64,000 bases of DNA from NCBI GenBank assembly GCA_964347045.1, contig CAYFXC010000004.1, positions 65,650 to 129,649 of the forward strand, written 5' to 3'. Both the position numbers and the translations under genes were made by a program. The DNA comes from an uncultured archaeon. GTDB lineage: Archaea > Asgardarchaeota > Hermodarchaeia > Hermodarchaeales > Hermodarchaeaceae. The notes beneath the pieces are model-generated. The model was not told the DNA's origin. It saw nothing but the letters and a program-made list of their open reading frames with translations, and did no database searches. Below, one piece after another: positions 59,302 to 64,000 of this stretch (its first letter is position 1; each line of letters starts with the position of its first letter).

Positions 59302-61245
59302 TTATGTGGATGTTATGGTCCAATTTTTCGGTATGCGGAGAGGTTGGTATTCGTAGCCTGTTCCGGCATAGAATTTCAAGAAGGCTTCAACCCAATGGAG
59401 ACGGAGAGTATGGATGAAGGAAAGCAGACCTTCCATCAGGAGGACAAAAACGGTGCCTAGAACAAGCAGAGCAAAGAAAGTGATCCAAAGGGTAATAGTA
59501 CCCGTTCCGAGTTGGAAAATGACCGAGTTAATCTCGGCGGCAGTGATACCAGCCAAGAAGAGAAAGGTCTTAGCGAAACCAGCGTGAGCCATATTAAGAG
59601 CAAGTATTCGTGAATAGCTGATGGTATTGCTGATACTTTCGATGAGGTGCTCGAGGCCTTCCATAAAACCATCCATAAACCCGAAGAAGACCATCCCTCC
59701 TAAGAACATAATTATTGCAGGAAGAATGAGGAACAATACCATTTCCACAATTGGCCAGGCCATGAAGTTGATTCCAAATTGGAAGATCATATAGGCAAGA
59801 CCCCAAAGGAAGAAGAGCCAAATGATAGGTCCGAAGATCGCGTGTTTCCAATCGCGGTGGCGGATTTTATTTAATGCGTCGAAACCAATAGCAATTGAGA
59901 GGTGGATGAAACCAATCATAATGCTGAGAACAAAAAGAATCCACGTTGGACTGGCTACATTTGCAGGAAGGTGTTCAGGCATTTCAAATGCACTGAACCA
60001 AATAGGTGAGGTATGTCCATGAGCAGGATCCAGAATCCATGCATTATAGGGGCTGTTGGAATCAAGGAACCAATTGACACCACCATCAAAATCGAAGAAT
60101 TGGAAAAGACCTACAAGGGCGTTTTTCATAGCTTCGCCAAAAGGCGAGTACTTGAGCTGCTGGTACACATATACACCGTTGATTTGCAATCCTGTTATGT
60201 CAATACCCAAAAATTCACCATATAATACGCCGAAAAAGATTGATGCCAATGCAATAATCAGTATCATTCCAGAGCCTTGGATAAAGTAATTGACCATTTC
60301 TCCTGCGTCAACTTTACGGCGTTTAGCAATAAAACCAAGAAGTGCAAATAAGGAGAGTAGAATCCCGTGGCCGATATCACCGAACATTAGACCAAAAATT
60401 ATCGGGAACCCAAGAGCCATAAACCAGACAGGATCGATTTCAAAATGACTCGGGAAGCCAAAGGCGTCAGTGAGGTTTTGGAATGACCGGAGCCATCTCG
60501 GATTAGTTTGTTTGGTGGGGGGTGAAACAGGTTCCTCAGCGGCAACAGCACCTTCAAGGGGACCAATTTCAGCGGGGTATTCTCCGTATGCGGGTTCGTC
60601 TATATGAGCTTGGATATTCAAAGCGATATTGATGCCTTTTAGTGCTTCAACCCTTTTGGTGAATTCCTTGATTTTTTTGGTTGGAATCCACCCATACATC
60701 ACGTATGTTCGTTCGGTTTTCCCAAAGAAGGTCTTAGTTTCTTCGAGAGTGTGTTCGCGCGTGACGAGTTCTTCCCATCCTAGGAGGGCACCTCGTTTTT
60801 CTTCCGCGAGGGCTTCAATTTCCTTTTTTATTGCTTTTTTCGCCTTCTTATCCTCTCTGGCTTCTGCAGTTGCAAGTTTCTGAGAGAGGTCATTGAAATC
60901 ATCTTCAATCGCTTTGAGATTCTTTTCGATTTTGTTAAAATACGCATCATCCGGAATAGAGGGAACTTCTAACGGATCTTTGACTTTTCCTCCGCGGTAT
61001 ACTTTCATTTCACCGATAAGAGTACTAATGCGTGTTAGAAGATTTGAAAGATAGTAAAAACGCTCAGAAGGTTCAACAGGATCCAAAACTTTGAGATGCT
61101 CCTTTTGGCTCTCTTTCACATCGGAGAAGTGAACGAGCTCAGTACTGGCCATGAAACGCAGACTTGAATCCATTTCTGTGTCTAGCACAACGGCTATAAG
61201 GTTACTCATTTTCGCTGGGAGCATCGGAGCCAATTTTAACACCAT
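59302..61245 (-). CDS. atpI: A1AO ATP synthase subunit I (a)
   Basis: GWIP, PPT...NP, EIDP, FGLMFGDIGHG, essential Arg in SNTISYSRILAL, LRLHWVEAF.KFY.G.G. Confidence 0.96.
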   Translation of the reverse strand: MVLKLAPMLPAKMSNLIAVVLDTEMDSSLRFMASTELVHFSDVKESQKEHLKVLDPVEPSERFYYLSNLLTRISTLIGEMKVYRGGKVKDPLEVPSIPDDAYFNKIEKNLKAIEDDFNDLSQKLATAEAREDKKAKKAIKKEIEALAEEKRGALLGWEELVTREHTLEETKTFFGKTERTYVMYGWIPTKKIKEFTKRVEALKGINIALNIQAHIDEPAYGEYPAEIGPLEGAVAAEEPVSPPTKQTNPRWLRSFQNLTDAFGFPSHFEIDPVWFMALGFPIIFGLMFGDIGHGILLSLFALLGFIAKRRKVDAGEMVNYFIQGSGMILIIALASIFFGVLYGEFLGIDITGLQINGVYVYQQLKYSPFGEAMKNALVGLFQFFDFDGGVNWFLDSNSPYNAWILDPAHGHTSPIWFSAFEMPEHLPANVASPTWILFVLSIMIGFIHLSIAIGFDALNKIRHRDWKHAIFGPIIWLFFLWGLAYMIFQFGINFMAWPIVEMVLFLILPAIIMFLGGMVFFGFMDGFMEGLEHLIESISNTISYSRILALNMAHAGFAKTFLFLAGITAAEINSVIFQLGTGTITLWITFFALLVLGTVFVLLMEGLLSFIHTLRLHWVEAFLKFYAGTGYEYQPLRIPKNWTITST

Positions 61246-61483
61246 CAGAACGGATAGGTCGTTTTCAAAGTGAAGATAAACCAGTAACTGTGTAGGTATA
61301 AGGCTTACTCTAGTTTATGCTCTTGTCCTTGCTCACCCCACAACACTTATTCACAAACTTGAAGTCTACCTCGCTTGGTGAATACCCATGGGGAATTTAT
61401 TTTGTTTCAAGTAGCCCCGCGGTGAAGCCATACTCCTACTCTTTTTTGGATCATTTCTTCTTCAATCCATATTTTGGAAAGAG

Positions 61484-63007
61484 ATGGGAATTACTGAATC
61501 GCCTCGGAGGTCAGCAATGATGAAACCAAAATCCCGCCATCGTGAATCTGCTGATCTGCGGATTTATAACTCATTGACTAAGAAGAAGACCCGTTTTGTG
61601 CCTTTTGAACCTAAAAGGGTTCATATGTACACGTGCGGGTTAACTGTGAATTATTTAATGCATATTGGTCATGCACGAACCTATATTTTCTGGGATATCG
61701 TTGAGCGGTTCCTTGAGTATCTAGGATATGAAGTTAAACACGTATCCAATATAACGGATATCAGCGTTGATGATAATATCCTAAGCCGAGTACGCAGCAG
61801 TGGTGAACCATTTCAACAACTTACAACTCGACACACTATCGATTATTACCGAGACCGGCAGCGCTTAGGTATCCGTGAACCATTTACCTATGCAATAGCA
61901 ACTCAACATATTCAAGAGATGATTGAGCTCGTCCAACGCTTACTTGAACGTGGATTTGCCTATGAAGCCGAAGATGGAATCTATTTTCGTATAGAAGCCT
62001 TTCAGCGCTATGGTCATTTATCGGGCCTGGACCCTCATACCCTTCGAGCGGGAGCCAGTGAACGGGTTGATAAAGACGAATATGCCAAAGAATATGTAAG
62101 CGACTTTGTGCTCTGGAAACAGGTAAAACCTGGTGAACCCTTTTGGCACAGCCCATGGGGACCTGGACGCCCTGGATGGCATCTTGAATGCAGTGCAATG
62201 TCCATGAAATATCTTGGTGAAACCATCGACATTTCTGGAGGTGGTGAGGATAACCTTTTTCCTCATCATGAAAATTCCATCGCTCAAAGTGAAGCTGCCA
62301 CTGGTAACCCCTATGTGAGATATTGGATGCATGTTCGCCATCTCCAATTAGGTCGCGATAAAATGTCTAAATCTACAGGAAATTTTATCACTGTTCGTGA
62401 TGTGGTCGAAGAATATGATGCCGCTAGTTTGCGATTGTTCTTGCTGAGCACACATTACCGTAAACCTATCACCTTTACAACAAACGCTATTCGCCGAACC
62501 TCTAATCAGCTAAATCGGCTGCGTCACATATTGAATCGTCTACAAGTCATCAGTGAAAACGCTGATGAAGTCGTTTACGATGAATCTGAGGTTCTTCTGT
62601 TGACCCAAGAAGCACGTACTCAATTTGAGAGTGCCATGTTAGATGATTTTAATTCGGGACGTGCAATCAACCACTTCTTTCAGTTTGTTAGTAAAATACA
62701 AACCCTTCTTGAAACCCAGAAATTACAGAGCCCAGAAACCGCTAAATCGGTGCTTCAGTTTTTCCACGATACCGGATCCATTCTTTTTGGAGATCTCTAT
62801 AAGCATGAAATCCTGTTAACAACCGATCCGATGGTACGCTCTTTGATTGTTCTATTACTTAATGAACGAGCAAAACTACGCACCAAAAGGCAATATCACC
62901 AAGCAGATACCATTAGAACCGCTTTGCAAAGTTTGGGATTAGAAATTTCTGATACAAAGAAGGGAACCGTTTGGTGGACAAAATCAAAAGTAGAAAAAAA
63001 TGAGTAG
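61484..63007 (+). CDS. cysS: Cysteine--tRNA ligase
   Basis: MYTCG.TV...HIGHAR, DFVLWK, PWGPGRPGWHLECSAM, FPHHEN, KMSKS; true start may be near 61518. Confidence 0.95.
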   Translation: MGITESPRRSAMMKPKSRHRESADLRIYNSLTKKKTRFVPFEPKRVHMYTCGLTVNYLMHIGHARTYIFWDIVERFLEYLGYEVKHVSNITDISVDDNILSRVRSSGEPFQQLTTRHTIDYYRDRQRLGIREPFTYAIATQHIQEMIELVQRLLERGFAYEAEDGIYFRIEAFQRYGHLSGLDPHTLRAGASERVDKDEYAKEYVSDFVLWKQVKPGEPFWHSPWGPGRPGWHLECSAMSMKYLGETIDISGGGEDNLFPHHENSIAQSEAATGNPYVRYWMHVRHLQLGRDKMSKSTGNFITVRDVVEEYDAASLRLFLLSTHYRKPITFTTNAIRRTSNQLNRLRHILNRLQVISENADEVVYDESEVLLLTQEARTQFESAMLDDFNSGRAINHFFQFVSKIQTLLETQKLQSPETAKSVLQFFHDTGSILFGDLYKHEILLTTDPMVRSLIVLLLNERAKLRTKRQYHQADTIRTALQSLGLEISDTKKGTVWWTKSKVEKNE

Positions 63008-63043
63008 GGGTGCGCCTTCGCAATTGTGGGCGCTAAAAGTGAA

Positions 63044-64000
63044 CTATGGAGTGGGTACTGGGAAGAGTGGTTGAAGTGCACCAAAGGCAGCTTGAGTGGC
63101 GAAGTCAATGAAGAGTCCAGGGAATAGTCCAAAGAGTATTATGAAAACCATTAGCACACCGACGACAAATTGTAACAACCTGGGGGGACGCTCAGCGGTT
63201 GCAGCTTCAGGACTAGGTTCGGAAAAGACCAAAATCTGGATCATGCGTAGATAAAAGACTACACTGAATGCACTCATCAGAACCATGATGATAGTCGCTA
63301 GATACGTGCTTGCAATGATCGACCCCCAGATGATGTAGAATTTACTGTAAAATCCTACAAGTGGAGGTACTCCTGCAAGTGAAAGTGCACCTATTGTGAA
63401 ACAAAACATTACAAAAGGCATGCGACGTCCAATTCCACGGAGTTTATCAAAGTCTCGGGTTCCGATTTGATGCAAAAAGATTCCAGCGATTAAGAAGAGC
63501 ATGCCTTTTGCCAGCATATGGCTAAAAATATGGGTCAAACTTCCGGTCACTGAATAGAGTAGGGCATACTCAATAGCGGTTTGTGTTGGGAGCCATAAAG
63601 CAAGGGGCATCATGGCTACACTGAACCCGAATAAAATGAAGCCGACGTTAACAATGGTAGAGTATGCGAGAAGCCGTTTTAAGTCCTTTTGAGTCAAAGC
63701 CATGAGGTTTCCGTATATCATGGTGAAGAGGGCGAACCAACTTAGTACTGCTCCGTAGTAGGTGAAACTATACGGATCATAGAAAAGCACAAGCAGCCGA
63801 ATGATGGCATAAGCACCTGTCATAATGACAACACCACTTAACATGGCGCTGATGCCACTCGGAGCAGCAGGGTGCGCATCCGGAAGCCACGCATGAAAAG
63901 GAACCAACGCAGCCTTGAGCCCGAAGCCGGCAATAAACAAACACAAGGCAAAAGCAAGACCGGCGCTTAAACCCGAGCTTTCGATGGCTTTTGAGATGTA
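63044..64000 (-). CDS. Proton-translocating antiporter-like subunit (MrpD/NuoN/MbhH family), 5'-truncated by the window edge
   Basis: GFGLKAALVPFHAWLPDAHPAAP, DLKRLLAYST, H...KG.LF, SLAGVPPL.GF.SK; frame stays open to position 64000. Confidence 0.92.
   Translation of the reverse strand, partial: YISKAIESSGLSAGLAFALCLFIAGFGLKAALVPFHAWLPDAHPAAPSGISAMLSGVVIMTGAYAIIRLLVLFYDPYSFTYYGAVLSWFALFTMIYGNLMALTQKDLKRLLAYSTIVNVGFILFGFSVAMMPLALWLPTQTAIEYALLYSVTGSLTHIFSHMLAKGMLFLIAGIFLHQIGTRDFDKLRGIGRRMPFVMFCFTIGALSLAGVPPLVGFYSKFYIIWGSIIASTYLATIIMVLMSAFSVVFYLRMIQILVFSEPSPEAATAERPPRLLQFVVGVLMVFIILFGLFPGLFIDFATQAAFGALQPLFPVPTP

Overview
Gene-dense archaeal chromosomal segment, most consistent with an Asgard archaeon. 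Evidence: gatDE, egsA, two TFBs and A-type ATP synthase subunits, plus a eukaryote-like eL22 ribosomal protein, a roadblock/LC7 + MglA-like GTPase pair, and a reductive-dehalogenase homologue. The standout feature is a 1146-aa A1AO ATP synthase proteolipid (subunit K/c, 55846-59286) made of exactly 15 fused hairpins, every one keeping the ion-binding Glu. It is apparently a whole rotor ring encoded as one polypeptide, downstream of subunit I. Other ATP synthase genes (H/G-E, and an AtpZ/AtpI-like gene with C) lie in separate nearby clusters. A second candidate system is an uncharacterised catabolic region (about 10.8-24.6 kb) built around a form IV RuBisCO-like protein. It also has an APC permease, two PLP enzymes, an FGGY kinase, a glycerol-dehydrogenase-like enzyme, an Ntn hydrolase, a metallophosphoesterase and a nucleotidyltransferase-like protein. 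Also present: a histidine-utilisation cluster, a Ca2+-type P-ATPase, tRNA thiolation genes, GlyRS, CysRS and several gene remnants. No rRNA, tRNA, CRISPR array or intact mobile element was recognised. All calls come from reading motifs by eye; no database searches were run.
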